The notes under the pieces: model-generated | Databases searched by the model: none | What the model was told of the DNA's origin: nothing | The model's input: the letters and a program-made list of their open reading frames with translations, nothing else | Source: Convolutriloba macropyga | Lineage: Eukaryota | Assembly: GCF_964194025.1 (NCBI RefSeq) | Contig: NC_134482.1 | Location: 46,996,001 to 47,060,000 of the forward strand | Direction: 5' to 3' | DNA length: 64,000 bases | Made by a program: the position numbers and the translations under genes | Shown: piece by piece, positions 38,854 through 52,914 of the stretch | Numbering within the stretch: the stretch's first letter is position 1 | Layout: each line of letters opens with the position of its first letter

Positions 38854-40800
38854 TAATAGCCGCCCTCATATTCTCAGCCGGCTATTATAGCGCTCCTATT
38901 TTTTTACAATTCAAAGAATTTGAATTGTATTGGGGCGCTGTCTTTTTTACGACTCGAAGAGGACTATCGGAGAAGTCCTTTTTTTAATCAATTTTTTGGA
39001 GTGATTTTTGAAGCGGGAAATGAAACGCGTGAAAAAATTTGGAGTGATTTTGGGTCTGAACAAAAGTTAAGAGCGGAGCAAAAAGAGAGTGGTTTTTGTT
39101 CATACCGCTGTTTTTGAGAGAGCGAGAAATTGATTTGTGAAAAAAATTTCTCTAAGCGAGCGAAATTTTTTGTTCACTTGCGGCTTTTAAAAGCAAGTTT
39201 TTTGCAACTTTTGATGGTTATGAGGTTTGATTATGATATTGTATTATTTTTAGGCTTGTTTTGATAGGAATTCAAGGTTTCAGGTAGTTAATTCTGAGTT
39301 TAATGCTAATTTGGAGGGTTTTGATCAGTTTGCTGATTTTTAGACAAAATTTAATGATTTTTTGCCAGTTTTTTTTGTATTAATGCTTTAAGTGGGATTT
39401 GAATGGAAGCTTATTACTTAAGGAATTTTCAGCTACCAGTTGACAAAACTTTATTGGTGTAAATCATTCTTTTCTTCGGAAAATTGACAGAAAAATAGAG
39501 ATTTTTTAAACCATTTTTTTCTTTTTTTTTGCTGTTTTTCTTTTTTCTCAGTCTTAGACAAGTTTCTTAGCCTATAATGACTCGCCCATTGTTTTTCGAG
39601 CTTTCCTTTGCCTTAACTGGAAAGGAATTTTACTCGGCTTTATGTTTCCTTGTACTATTAAAAAAACTCAGTTTTTCTAGTTTTTTATTCAACTTGTTTT
39701 TGAATGCCGTTTCTATTCTTCCTTAATTTTTTTTGTGGCGTTTGTAGAGGTTCAGGGTTCACAACAGTGGTTCTAGTTGTGTAGTCAAAAGTATGGGCAA
39801 TTTTATCCTTCGAGTCGTTTCCGGAATTCTTCCGGCTATGTTTTTCACACATTTTCATAATTTTTGAAGTCAAATTGGAGTAGTGATTTTGTTCACGCCG
39901 AAACAGGAAATGGAGCGAAAAAGCGAGTGGTTTTGCGGCGTGATATTTTTCGCTCTAATTTTAAAGTAGAGTGAGAAGAAAATTTCGCTTTCTCGCAAGT
40001 GGTTTTTTGTTCACATGCGGCGATTTCACGTTGATTTTTACTGTTTTTTCGATTTTTTGGATCGGATTTTTTTCTAAATGGTTTTGCCAATTCATTAATA
40101 GCTCATTCTAGGCCTAATTTTTTGTTTGAACCAAAATTCCATTTCTCGCTATTTGTTTTTTGTTTACATGCGGCATTTTGACACCGTTTTTTTTTCTAAA
40201 TTTTTATCTGATTTTTTTTTAAATGGTTTTCCCATTTCACTCATAGTCTGTTATAAGTCGTTTATTGTTTAGTCAGTGAAAATTCATTGAATTGTACGTC
40301 AGGACTTGTCCTGCTATGTTTTTGTACTTCGTCCAACTTTTTCGCTTTACCCATTTTGCTGCTTTTTCGACATTTTGCCTGAAATCTTTTTGACTGACGT
40401 CTCTAGGCGAGTTTCATTCTTCTGTCATTCTGCTCAAAGTCCTTTTAAACAGCAGCTGCTCAGCAAAGCAATTCAAAATAAATAGAGTCAGTATAAAAAA
40501 TCAAAGTCAGAAATAGAAACGGGATAAACCCATAAAGCCCATTTTTAGATGCCCGGTACTTGAACTTTGTTCTCATAAGTTTTAGTTACTATTTATAATG
40601 CTTATTGGTATTGATACTAGACCCTGTAGCGTCTCACTGAGAGACAGGAGTATGTTCAATTACGAAATGACGTCAAAATAAATCGCACTTAAAAATGTTT
40701 TTATACAAAATTCAATTTTTGTTGATATTTTCTTTTCTTTCAATCCCAATAGAGTTATGGGAATCAACGGCGGCTATTTTCCGGCAATCTTGCCATTATG
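38854..40800 (+). mobile_element. Composite HINE-like element (type H3)
   Basis: Left end TAATAGCCGC, right end GCGGCTATTTTCCGGCAATCTTGCC. 39840-40330 is homologous to 51030-51530 and 53430-53920. Confidence 0.65.
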
Positions 40801-41862
40801 GCAATCTCAAAAATTTGCCATTATGGAGATCTCAAAATGAAGTATAGTTGAGGTAATGAATTAATGAAATGATTACAAAATGAAGTAGAGAAGTCGTATT
40901 CCATCATTCAATATCTTGAAATTTTACTTAATCATCTTCATTTATGCTGTGATTGAAGTATGTCGGAAGGATCGCCAAAGCCTTGGAGTTTGTTCACTGC
41001 TCATATTGGAAGCGTAGAGGGCTAATAAGTTCTACTGTTTTAGACACGCGCTGAATCACCGAACACGATCGCCTGCCAATTCTGGTTAGTCATTCTTATA
41101 TACTTCTATCATTAATTTTGCTTTCTGTTTTAATTATTCAGATAGTTTTGCAACTCGCATTCTTCAATTTACAAGTCGCATAAGGAGTATAGAGGAAGAT
41201 AGTAACTTTATCTGGCAAAATTGTTCAACTTTATCTGGAAAAAATGTGCATCTATTTTTTTTTTGCTTCCTTTATGGACATTGACTCCATTCATTTTGGT
41301 ACTTATGCTCTTTACATACTGAGTAGGTTGAGCTACGAGTGAAAAAATTGAGGTAGAGGCAGAGATGTCAAAGATTTCACGCAAAATGTTGAGGAAAGTG
41401 GGCAAAAGTAGATAGAATCAAAATTTTCTTGGACGAAGAAAAAACAAACAGGACAAGTCGTAAATTACAGTCCAAAGAATTGAAACCAGCCAAGACCACG
41501 CTACCAAGCTCATTATTGAAACGATACTTGGTAGTTAAAACGTGAATTTCAATACATTTCAAAATGAACCAGACAGAAGAAGAAATCTAAAAAGAAATAA
41601 CTTTTTACTCTTCTTTCAGGAAAATGGGTATTATCAAATTCATTAAATCCGATAACAGTAAATAGAAAAATGTCGAAAATGGAATTCTAATTGTCTTTGA
41701 AAATCAGGACGGAAAAATAGCACACACCAACATAATTTTGCCTGGAACCACGTCAAGCTATTGATCAAAAGAGAGCATATAGGTACAATGAGACCTGTCA
41801 TTTCTGAGAAATAATGAAAAGACAAAAAGGAACAGTAAACACAGGCAAAATTCAAAAATTAA

Positions 41863-42255
41863 TAATTGCTCTCGAACGAAGTTCGAAGCATTTATTGTAA
41901 ACGTTGGTCTTTTTTATACAAAATTTTTGCTTGACAATTTTTACTTTTCGAGTGGCTTTTAAGCCCTTGATTTTTTCGTTTTGCGTAATTTAATGTCAAT
42001 AGCTGAATTCAAGTGGCTGCAGTTTACTACTAAGTCAAATGAAAAGTGCGCTGAAATTGGAGTATTTGTTTTTTAAATTTAAATTTTGTATTGATTATAG
42101 TGGTATATCATAACCTCTAATGATGTCATTGTTATTTGAAGCCCCCTTAGTGATTTAAGTTACTCCCTCGCCCCCACCCCCGACTGAAGCAGGCTTCAAT
42201 AGATTCGAGCTCCCACTAGTCGTTCGAGAGAAATTCTTCCGACGTTAGTCGGTTG
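41863..42255 (+). mobile_element. HINE-like element (type H1)
   Basis: AATTGCTCTCGAACGAAGTTCG ... GTTCGAGAGAAATT plus hairpin CCGACGTTAGTCGG. Body homologous to 32960-33350. Confidence 0.8.
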
Positions 42256-43402
42256 TTTTTTTTTTCTGAGAGAAGTTATGTCAGTGATTTAAACCGTTAG
42301 ATCTGAACTGAATCGTTTTTTTTTCAATTATGCGTAAACAAATAGCTCCATTGACTAAGATTTGGGTAAAACTGAAAAATTCTATTGAAGCAGAGGTTGT
42401 CGAAGCTCCAAAAGTATTAAATATGAACTAAAATCCTGAAATAAATTTACTATTGTTTTGGTTGGAGGTCGATCAGATGTTTCGTTAATAATATCATGTA
42501 ACAATGAAAAAACAAAAACTCTAATTACCGCCCAAAATCATCTTTAACTAAGAACAATTAGTATCGGAGTTATAATAAATCTCTTATTATGAACTGAAAT
42601 ACCTAAATAAATTCAATTCCGGCTCATTGGAAACACGTTTAGACCTTTCAAAATAGTTCTAAGAATCAGGAAATCAAAAATGGTAACAATAAAGGGAAAA
42701 ACTCAAATATTGATTTTTGAAAAAAGTTGCGTCAGGGTCATAACATGCATAACCTAGTAGCTGAACACTTAAAAACGTTTGCTAATGCTTCTTTGGAAAT
42801 GGATAAGAGCTACAATTAGTCAGACTAGTGCAGAGAACATTGAAAACAATAAACAACAATTCCGATTTGAACAGAAGTCTACTAATATTTTTTGATAAAT
42901 GGTATCAAAATCAAAGGCAATTGTTCATGCATTTCTTCTGTTTCAGACTATTTAGTTTTACTCTAAGAGTTTGATTTTCAGATAAAGGATTTCACGGGAT
43001 ACTTGTTTCTTTATATTCTTTTTTAAAGGTTATTTAAGCACATAAGCGAAGATGAAGTTTTGAAAATTTGTCACGTTTTAGACCGTTTCGCGCTTTATCT
43101 TTGCTTAAAGTGTGAAACGGTCGGAATTGTGAAAACTTTTGAAAGCTTTATGCCTCAACTTTTCTTCAAAAATGAAAAATTTTAATTCTATTCAGCCATC
43201 GATTCATTTTCAAAGAGTTGTTCCACGGTACGACATTTTTATCTCCGCAAAATATAGAGGGCCAAAATTGACTTAACAAAAACAGGCAGTCTAGCATAAG
43301 GTTCCTTACCCGCAAATAAATCTGAGGGATGGAACACTTAATCATCTGAAGGTCAAAACAAGTCACTGAAAGCAACACGAGAGAGGAAGACTCTTATTTC
43401 AG

Positions 43403-43723
43403 GATCGTCTCACGGCAATGTACCCACCAGACTTACAAACGGAACCCACCGGGGGGCAACTACAGCTGGCAGTGGAGGAGGTGTGAGCTACCCGGGAGGT
43501 GCAACCCTTCATCATCACCACCATCAATCCCTCCCCCAACTCAACAACAATGCCCACTCAATACACCATTCTGCCAACATGCAACAGGGTCCCAACCATG
43601 TTTCGGGTGGACATCATTTGGATGTGGGTTCAGCGGCTATTAGAAAACGAGCCAGAAGTCGAAGTCCGTCTCCGCAACTGGTTAAAATGTACAGTCCAGC
43701 TACACGACCTACAACTCCGCGAG
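43403..43723 (+). CDS. Host-gene exon, Gly/His-rich with RKRARSRSPSP
   Basis: TATTTCAG acceptor, G|GTAATA donor, open frame GSSHGNVPTRLTNG...TRPTTPR. Confidence 0.8.
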
Positions 43724-44142
43724 GTAATATATAAATATGGATCTTATATGTTTTGACTCTACGATTTGCGGACGTGAAATAGATTCGCCGACATTAATTA
43801 AGAGCAGTGCCATTTTGTGTTTAACCTTGTCGTAGAAATAGGTTTTCAAACTGTATGTCAAGAAAAAGGAGCTTAAGTAGGGAGTTTCGGTACAAGTTTT
43901 TTTCGGGCTGGTAATAAGCCTACAAAACCGGTTTTTTACGCTTTACCACGGTAGCACTGGCAAATATTAATAAGTAAAAGTACTGTTTTTTGCTCTATGT
44001 GAACAAATGGGTTTATTGGTGTTTTATAATCATAGCTCCCTGGTTTTTGCACCTGTCAACTCTTAACCCGAACCTCCTGTTTTCTATTTTGAGGCTTTTC
44101 TAAACTAATAGCTTCATTTTTTGGATCAGTTTATTTTCAAAG

Positions 44143-44340
44143 GAGCTAGTATGTCACCGGTAGCACATGCAGTAGCATCACTCAACCTTCCGGGAGTCAA
44201 TCACAGTGCAAGTGGGAGGAACCACCTCTACTCCGACCACAACCCCACTGCACCTTATGGGACCCCTAACAACCCAGCACTGCCACACGGCTTCCACAAC
44301 ACCACACCTCAGGGGTCAGGAGCGCCTAGATTCACTGCAG
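44143..44340 (+). CDS. Host-gene exon, low complexity (GASMSPVAHAV...APRFTA)
   Basis: TTTTCAAAG acceptor, CAG|GTATTT donor. Phase 1/1 is consistent with both neighbours. Confidence 0.8.
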
Positions 44341-44443
44341 GTATTTTGATGACTACTTTTGATTGCAACACCCCCGTGCGCCTTACAGATTGTGACCCTC
44401 TATAATTGATAACATTAACACCTTATTGAGTGTATGTATTAAT

Positions 44444-44700
44444 TATAGCTGCGAACCTGTTAGCTGATTGTAGCTAAATTGCGGTGATCACGGTGTGTTT
44501 TACGACTCGAAGAGGAGTATTGGTTTTCTTGAGGTTTTTTGTATGCCAGAAAAACGATTTGTTCCGTCGGCGAAGTACTATTAGTTTGACGTAAAAGTGA
44601 AAGTAGGTAAAATTACCATGTGAACTTATTTCTGCTGAGCGAGAGAAGTTTTCGTTCATGCGATGCGTTGAATGAATGACTTCTCGACTTCGAAAAGGGG
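44444..44700 (+). mobile_element. Left part of a HINE-like element (type H2, TATAGCTGCGAA end)
   Basis: Homologous to 55992-56240 and partly to 29716-29850. Confidence 0.6.
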
Positions 44701-45637
44701 GAATTGGATATAAGGTGAAAACTCAATTCGGGGATCAAAATTTTTTGTAGCGAAAATCCTGAATTAGTTTTGTGGAAATTAGGCCAGTAGCAATTAAAAC
44801 ACTTAAAAGAGGTACTTCATAATCCTTTCGACATTGTTAAATTGTCAGGTGTCCCTGACAGTCGTCTTTACATGCAAGAGAGTCTTTAAAAGTGCATGCC
44901 AACTGTATCATTTTTTGAACGTTTTTGCATAGCTTTACTCGGTTTCGTAACAGCCATAATTTTTTGGTTCAAAGAAACTAACAAGGAAGAGATAGAGAAT
45001 TGTTAAAGTTACGTATCAATAGCTTTAATGTTTAGAAATGATTGTTTAAAGAACGTACAGAACATTGGGGGAGTTGGGAGGTTAAATCACATTGTAAAAA
45101 TTCTTAAAATTCGAAAACTTGTCATGTTTTGATTGTTTTTAAGCTATTTTTACCTTATATTACCAATCGAATATTGCAGTACCTTTTTTAAGTGTTTTAA
45201 TTGGTGTTCGCCTAACTTCCACTAATCCTTTGTTCAGAATTTTCGCCTAATGGCTACAAAAATTTACACCTATTATCCTACGCCCCTTCGAAAAGTGTTC
45301 TTGATAAATCCAAGCATGTACTTCAGCGATTTTAGTGGTTTTTCATCCATGTGGCTCATTTGTTTCGCAAAAATTGTACACATTCTAATCAAATTTTGTT
45401 CTTTCCATTTTTCTCAATTGTTGTATTTTGATTCGATTTACTAGATTAAGGTTTGTGCACTGTCAACGATCTTTTTTTGTACTATTAATAATTTACTTAT
45501 TTTTTAGTGTTAAGTGTTCGAAATTCATTGAAAATTTTTTCACTTTGCAATTGTAATGTTTAGATTTTAACAATCTTTCAATATTTCGAGTTGTCTTCAC
45601 TGATTATTTTTCACAGTAGGAAGACTATGTATTTTGT

Positions 45638-46156
45638 TAATAGCCGCCGTCAGCCTCTCAACGGCTATTATTTAGGCGCTCTCCTTTTAAATTCGCTTTA
45701 CCTTTTGATCACGTTTTTCGTTTTACATTAGTCACGATTTTCACGCTTGACTTCTGACTTACTGCACTCACTGTTTCATTTGAATGGATTTTAAATTGTT
45801 TCACGTATTGGACTACGTAATGTAGTGAATACGGTCAAGGTCAAAAGAGCAAAATCAAAAGTAGCGGGATAAACAAAGCCTGGTCTTTAAGTCATTATGC
45901 GTTAGGTTACCAAAGTTCATTAAAGCGATTGGTAGCTGGCATTAGTATTATCCTTAATAGCCTTCAGTTTAGAAGCTGGCTTAAGTGTAATATTAGATTC
46001 TAACAGAATATGCAGAATTTACACACCAATTAAGATCACTTTGACGCATAGAAAAATTCTGTTAGTTTCTATCTCTTATTTTTCTCTTAGTGTTTAAATC
46101 CCAATGTGCGTCAAGCGGGGCAACGGTGGCTATTTTCCGGCAACTTGCCCGCTGTA
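45638..46156 (+). mobile_element. HINE-like element (type H3)
   Basis: TAATAGCCGCCGT ... ACGGTGGCTATT inverted ends followed by the CCGGCAACTTGCCCG hairpin. Confidence 0.7.
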
Positions 46157-46360
46157 TTTGAACTTCCAATGCTAGATAGTGGAGTTGACTTACTTTTCTA
46201 ATTTCTTTTCAACTTTCCATTTCGTTTTCAACTTTCAAAATTATGAAGATGCCCTTTTGTTATTGCTTTGCAAATTTTCGGTTAGCTCCACATTCGAATG
46301 TTTGACACTTTTCCGTTTCTCGCAAATTTCTGAAATGAGTTGTTGTCAGAATCTGCTTTT

Positions 46361-46757
46361 TAATTGCTCTCAAACGACGTATATGGCAATTGTATTTGTT
46401 CTGTGGTCATTTTTATGCCTATTTATCGTCTGACCCATTTGACTTTTTGTCCTCAAAAACGGGATAACAGGTAGCGCTCGGAGGGTATTAAGTGGCCGAT
46501 CAGGTCTGTTACAGTCTTACGCTTTACTAGTCTCTAAGTATGCGATTCACCAAAACTTGCAGACAATTTCAGGGTGTGAAGGGCCGAGTCTTAGTCTTAA
46601 AAGTTTGACCTCTCTCGGTCACATCCCAACCCCACCTCAACCCCCGTCCCTTCCCCCATCGCTTCACAAGTCCATCCGCGCCAAATTAGAACACTAGAAT
46701 CCCGATGTACATCAAGCTCGTCAACGGCGGCTATTTTGCGGCAATCTGCCGGCTATG
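46361..46757 (+). mobile_element. HINE-like element with H1 left end and H3 right end
   Basis: TAATTGCTCTCAAACGA ... ACGGCGGCTATTTTGCGGCAATCTGCCGGCTATG. Confidence 0.5.
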
Positions 46758-48308
46758 TTTTACTCCACTTTTATGAGTTGTTATTAAGTTTATAAGAGTT
46801 GTTGTTATATTTCGTTGACTGTTGTTGTCTTTAGTGGCTCTCAAACAAAGTTTGTACCAGTTATAGTAGTAATGAGGTCCTCTGCGCAAATGACCTTTTG
46901 CTTGACCGATTTTTTTCATCTGACCATTTTGACCTCTTCCTTAAAAACGAGATAAACCGGCAAAACCCAGAGGGTATTATTCCTAGGGCCTTACTACTCA
47001 TCGGTTTTAAAGTATGAGATTCATCAAAACAGTTTAAGAGACATGAATTCTTAAGAAGGGCGTTGACTGATATTAATAACTGAAATGACTGAACTGAAGT
47101 TTAGTTCAATTTTTTTTAATATAATTTGGTTCATATTTTACGAACATCATTAAATTATGCTTTTTCAACGTGTTTTTTTTTTGGGTGGCAGAGCTAATTG
47201 AATAGTTTTGAACTGTTGAGACTGATTTTAGGTGACAATTACTAGATCGGTCAGTTTTTTAAGGTGATGAGTTCCTGTCAGTCTTTAAAATTTTGACCTT
47301 TTTTTTGTCTTGACGGTTATTTCGAATCATTCAAAGTTTAGCGGTGTCAAGATGTCATTGTGAGTATTCTTTCTCAAACTTTTGTGATACGATTTAAACC
47401 CGTACTGAATTTTTGTTTGTTTTCTGAATAAGTTTGTAATTGATTCCTTGTTTTCAATGATGTCAATGCTGAAATGTTTCTCGTTAAGAAAAGGTGTTTT
47501 CAACTTCAGTAAAATTTATCAATTACCTTTCAATGTCTAGTTGACCGATTTCAGTTTTTTTGCGCATTCGGCCTCTTTTCTTTTGTTTGAGTGTTTAAAG
47601 AGAAACTATTATCTGATTAAGTGGTTAGACCAACAGTAATTAGTCCAACTGTAAACAGTTGATCATTGAGTGACCATGAATGATTTTTAGTGCCCATTAA
47701 TGTCTTTTAACAATAAACTTGCGAATTAACGGAAGTATTGTCTATAAATCTTGAATTTTTTGCTCAATTTTTATGTTTTCTACAATGTTTTTCGCATTTT
47801 TGAATATTTCGATTTAGTGTTTAGTTTTCTTGAGTAGTGAATAGTTTTCTTGAAATGTCAATTTTTTCACAAGTTCTACAATACAAAGTTGATGTGATAA
47901 ATTGGAAAGATGAAATATTTATTAGAAAGGTCATTGAATGGTTTTTTCTAATGACATTTTTTTTGCATGTGTGTGATTACGGCTACAGTTTTTAGTTTTT
48001 TCATTGGCGTTTAACTTCTTTGAATAAAAGAAGTCATTTACCTATACTCGTAAAATTATGTTTGTCTTCTTAACTGTTTTGAGGTTATTGTTGTTTTCAA
48101 AAAAGTATGTTGTTTTAGTTTTTAGCTCTGTTGAATTTTTCCATTGTTTTTGTGCAATATGTCTGCCGTAACAGTCTGATAAGTTTTAACGACATAACAA
48201 TATAGGTAACTTTTTGTTTGCGTCTGAATAGTTTTGAAGTTTTTTAAAGAGCCAAAAGATTTTTGCCGTTTTTCAACGCCTGTTGTTTGTTGACAGCATG
48301 GTGTTTTA

Positions 48309-48850
48309 TATAGCTGCGAAGCTGTAAGCTGAGTGGAGCTATATTGCGGTGCTCTTGGTTTTTTTTTGTTTCGTCGTCTGACGCTCTTTTTTCGTTTTAC
48401 ATTTGTTCGCACAGCAAAGCTAAAAAAAATCTTCTGAGCAAATCTTCAGCAAATTTTCTGAATGACTTCTTCCTCTCACTAACGGCATTTGCACGCGTGA
48501 CGTCATTTCTCACTCGCTTTTGCAAAAGTTTTTAGGTTATTTGCATGATTAGATTTTGATCATACGTGACTTACCTCACTCAATAAAATGACTTTTCCTT
48601 TTTAAAACTTAGTTTAATTTGAATTTGTTTAAGGTCAAAGGAACTCATATGTGCAGTGAAGGTCACTAATAAGAGGCTTCTGTGGAATGATTTTAACAAG
48701 CTTCATTAATTTATTGCTGAATGTTTTTTACCTAGTTTTTTGAGCGGCGTCGATTTTTTTTTCAATTTAGATCTGTATCTGTTTCTATCTCTATTATATG
48801 GCACGCAGGTCTATTCTTTCGCAGCTATTCCGGCAATCTGCCGGGGCTAT
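48309..48850 (+). mobile_element. HINE-like element (type H2, short)
   Basis: TATAGCTGCGAAG ... TTCGCAGCTATT plus hairpin CCGGCAATCTGCCGG. Confidence 0.8.
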
Positions 48851-49707
48851 ATTAATTTTTATTTGCCCACTTTTTGTAATTTAGATAGTTTGATTCAGTT
48901 ATCATAGGTAGTCGTCTGGAATATGTGAAATTTGAAAATCATTTAGGAGCTACGTTTTTTGTTGCCTAAGTTCTTGATTCAGTTCTTCAAAATATGGGTG
49001 TTGACAAAATCAATGATTGTTGGAAGAATTTTTGTTTGTTTCAGCTACTAGTCCATCAAAGAACAGTGCTCTAAAGAATGAGCTGTCTGTCAGATCTTCT
49101 AGATCAGTTTCGTCAGTTTCATGTTTTGAGTTAACATATGCTTTTTCTCCGTTTGAACGTGAGTTGCTTGATTGGTTTTAGTATGACTGCTTTTGAAGGG
49201 TGTTTGAAGAAGTAATACGAATTTTTGTGTCTGTAATGATTGCATTACAGTATGCCATGTTTTTGCTAAACCCTGCTCTTCTAAATTTTTTGCTCGCTGG
49301 AGTGATTTGAGTTTTCGTCGAAGGAAATATTTTGGCGAAATTCGCTGGGGGCGTCGAATGTCTTGGCTTCCTTAATATAGGTTTGATAATCTTAATATGT
49401 TCGGTTTGCCACAGCTGCCGTGGACCGCTGCAGAAGTCAAAAGTTCTTGGTTTGTAGAACGAATTTGATAGCCCCCATTTTAGCGGCGTCCATCCGCGAT
49501 TTTATCCTCCCGATCTGAGGCTAGCTTCTTTACGTCAGCTAGCTGCAAACAAGTCAAGCCCTCGCTTGTCCTTCAAGGTCAATTTTTTGTTCGTTATTCA
49601 ATCATGTATATTCGTTAATGTCAGTTGTCCGGTATGCTCTTCGCTAAGGTCAGTCCCAGTTGCGTTTTCCTTCGACTATGAAAATTGGCCGATTGCGATA
49701 AAGTTTT

Positions 49708-52018
49708 TATAGCTGGGAAGCTGTAAGCCCAGCCGGCATTAAGTTCCGTTAGAGGCCCAATGTGAGTTTTAGTAGTCCATCAAGTGCTTAGGGTGGTGCA
49801 GCTGCTGGCATGGCCTTAATTTAAGGTTAAAAAGTCATTTTTAGGAGTTTTGGGCTCAAAATGGTGCAATTTTTCATGTTTTTTTCTGTTTTTTTAGTTG
49901 TTTGTTTGATTAGCCTTAGGTAGAAGTTTTTGAAAGTGGATGAAGGACTTTTGTGAGACAAAATTACTTGATATGACCTTTTTATGAGCTATATGTTTTG
50001 GTACTACAAACACAAACACGCAAAATTTTAATAATTTTTGCAGTTTTTTCAAAGTTTTCCAGCTTCAGGGGCCAGGAAATCTAATTTAAGGGTTGATAAT
50101 AGGTAACTTCATAGTTTCTTGTAACAGTGGATTGGTTTTCAACATTTTAGTGTCCCGAATGTTAGCATTTTTTAAATGAAATCTGCAATTTTTTTAAGGT
50201 TTCCTAAAGTTTTTGTCAATTTTTGATATTTGTGCATTCTCACGTGCCAGAAAACTTAATTCACGGTCTTATAAAACGTTATTACATGGTTGTTAGTTTC
50301 AATGAATTTGTTCTTTTACAATTTAATCTTTCGAATTTCAGAAATTTTCTGATAAATTTTGTAATTTTTGAAGTTTTCAAATTATTTGTCTCTCATTCAA
50401 TTTTTCTAGGCTCAGTAGCCAGGTAACCCCATTCAGGGTTTGATAGTATGTTATTAAATAGTTGCTAGTGGCAGTTGAATGGTTTTACATTTTAAAAGAA
50501 CGAACTTCTTTTTTTTAAAATTTTTACTTTTTTCTAAAAATTTTTGCTGGCCGATTTTTGAGCCAATGATTTTTGTAACGCTTGCAATTGGATAACTGGA
50601 TGGCCTCTAGAGATACAGAAATGATTCTGAAGGTATTAATATTACTATTTTCAGCAACTTTTCCTTAAAATTTGAGTGATTTCATTTTAAATTTTTGGGT
50701 CATATTCGAGTTAATCGATCTTCAAGGGCCAATGATTTTTTTCAGATCTTGCAGATATAAAACTGGACCGATTTCAGAATCAAAAATTGGCGTTGAATAC
50801 ATTTTTTCAAATTGGTATATTTAAAGTGGTCAAAATTTGCCTTTGGGGTAAAAGTTTTAGCAAGGAGTATATGTGTGTTTAGTTTGATTGTTTTAGTTTC
50901 TTAATCTTTTGAGATGATTTTGTTTGTGTTTTTGCTGGCATTGTTTAATTGATCTGCTGGTCAGGTACTTCTAAGTTTTTCATTCAATTCTTTGAATTGT
51001 ATTTCAGGAATTGTCCTGCTATGTTTTTAAGATCTGTTCACACATTTTCATGATTTTTGAAGTCAAATTGGAGTAGTGATTTTGGTCACGCCGAAAGAGG
51101 AAGTGGAGTGAAAAATCGAGTGGGTTTGCGGCGTGAAATTTTTTGCTCTATCTTTAAAGTAGAATGAGAGAACGGTGTTTGAACAAAAATTCGCTTTTCT
51201 CGCTATTGGTTTTTGTTCACATGCGGCAATTTCACTTTGATTTTTACTGTTTTTTGATTTTTTGGATTGAATTTTTTTTCTGAATTGTTTTCCAAATCCA
51301 TTCAAAGTTCATTCTGGTCCTAGTTTTTTGTTTGAACTAAATATCTATTTCTCGCTAGTGGTTTTTGTTCACATGCGGCCTTTTGACATTGATTGTCTGT
51401 TTTTTTTAATTTGATTTTTTTAGAAATGGTTTTCCAAGTTCACTCATAGTCCGTTCTAGGTAGTTTTTGTTTAGTCAAGGAAAATTCTTTGAATTTTACG
51501 TCAGGATGTGTTGTGCTATGTTTTTGTTTTGTCGTCTGGCGCTCTTTTTCATTTTACATTTGTTCACACAGCAAAGCTGAAGTCAAATTTTCTGATTGAC
51601 TTCTTCCTCTTACTAACCGTGTTTGCGCGCGTGACGTCGTTTCTCATTCTCTAGCATAGGTTTGAAAGTCATTTGCGTGATTAGATTTTGATCATACGTG
51701 ACTTACCTCACTCTAAATAAAAATGACTTTTGCACTTTAAAACTTAAGTTCAATTTGAATTAGTTTAAGGTCAAAGGAACTCAAATGTGCAGTAAAGGTC
51801 CTTAATAAAAAGCTTCTGCGTAATAAATTAGCAGATTAGTTCTGCGTAATAAATTAGCAGTAATAGTTAGCTTTTTAAATTTATCGTTGATTGTTTTTTA
51901 CCTAGCTTTTTTGAGCGGTGTCATTTTTTTTTAAAATTAGATCTGTATCTGTTTCTATCTCTATTATACGACAGGCAAGTCTATTCTTTCGCAGCTGTGC
52001 CGGCAATCTGCTGGCTAC
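49708..52018 (+). mobile_element. HINE-like element (type H2, long composite)
   Basis: Left end TATAGCTGGGAAGCTGTAAGC. 51030-52018 is homologous to 53425-54374, including the right terminus. Confidence 0.65.
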
Positions 52019-52074
52019 GTTTGTTCTCTGTGGGATACACCAATGGTCCTATATTCCTCTAATATGGTGATTAT

Positions 52075-52430
52075 TAATTGCTCTTGAACGAAGTTCATAT
52101 CAATTATTGTTAACGTATTGGTCTTTTTTTATGCAAACTTTTCGCTTGACCGTTTTTGCGCTTCTCTTCTAGAACGTTCTTTGACTTCTCAGGTGACTTT
52201 TTCACGCTTTCGTTTTTTATTTTTGAGTGATCTCTATTGCTCTCACTCCGAATTAAAGCTTGTTGCTAATATAAAAGCGGTTGCAGCATAAAAAAGTAGG
52301 GACTTATAGCCGAGTTGGAAGTGCATCTAGTTATGGATCGGAGGGTCAGTGGTTAGAACACCGGCGGGGTAAAATGTTTTTCAACCGGCTTGTCGTTTAA
52401 TAGCAATTCTCCCGACATTAGTCGGTTTAT
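52075..52430 (+). mobile_element. HINE-like element (type H1) carrying a tRNA-derived segment
   Basis: Same layout as 38541-38850. A box TAGCCGAGTTGG (52307), B-box-like GGTTAGAACACC (52351), hairpin CCGACATTAGTCGG. Confidence 0.7.
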
Positions 52431-52914
52431 GTTTTTTTTGAGAAAAGATAACGTTTCGTCTGACGCTCTTTTATTGTTTTAGATTTGTTCACACAGCAAA
52501 CCTGAATGTCAAATTTTATGGATTATTTCCCCCATAACGGCATTTGAGAGCTGGACAATTTTTCTTACTTTAATTGGGTAGAGCTTTTAGATCATTTGCT
52601 TGATCAGATTTTGATCATACATAAATCATCAAAATGACTTCTACACATTAAAACTGACATTTAATTTGAATTCGTTTAAAGTCAAGGAAACACAACACGC
52701 ACGCATTATGTTATCACAAAATGATGTTATTATGTAATGGCACGTGTTCTGTAACTGAGGGCTACCAAAGTACTGGAAAACGGAGGCACTTGTTCTATGA
52801 GTGCGGACGCATAAAGTACAGCGAGTGCCACAACCAGAAAAGATCCTAAAGGATTTAGTCAACAGTTTTATTCTCCGAAATTTTTGATCCAATGAGAGGG
52901 AGCAAGTTTTATAG

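Noticed and set aside
39685-40090. Recurring Lys-rich minus-strand ORFs (also 51063 and 53395) as a small gene family
   Set aside because: They fall in T-rich HINE bodies and their frames are not preserved between copies.
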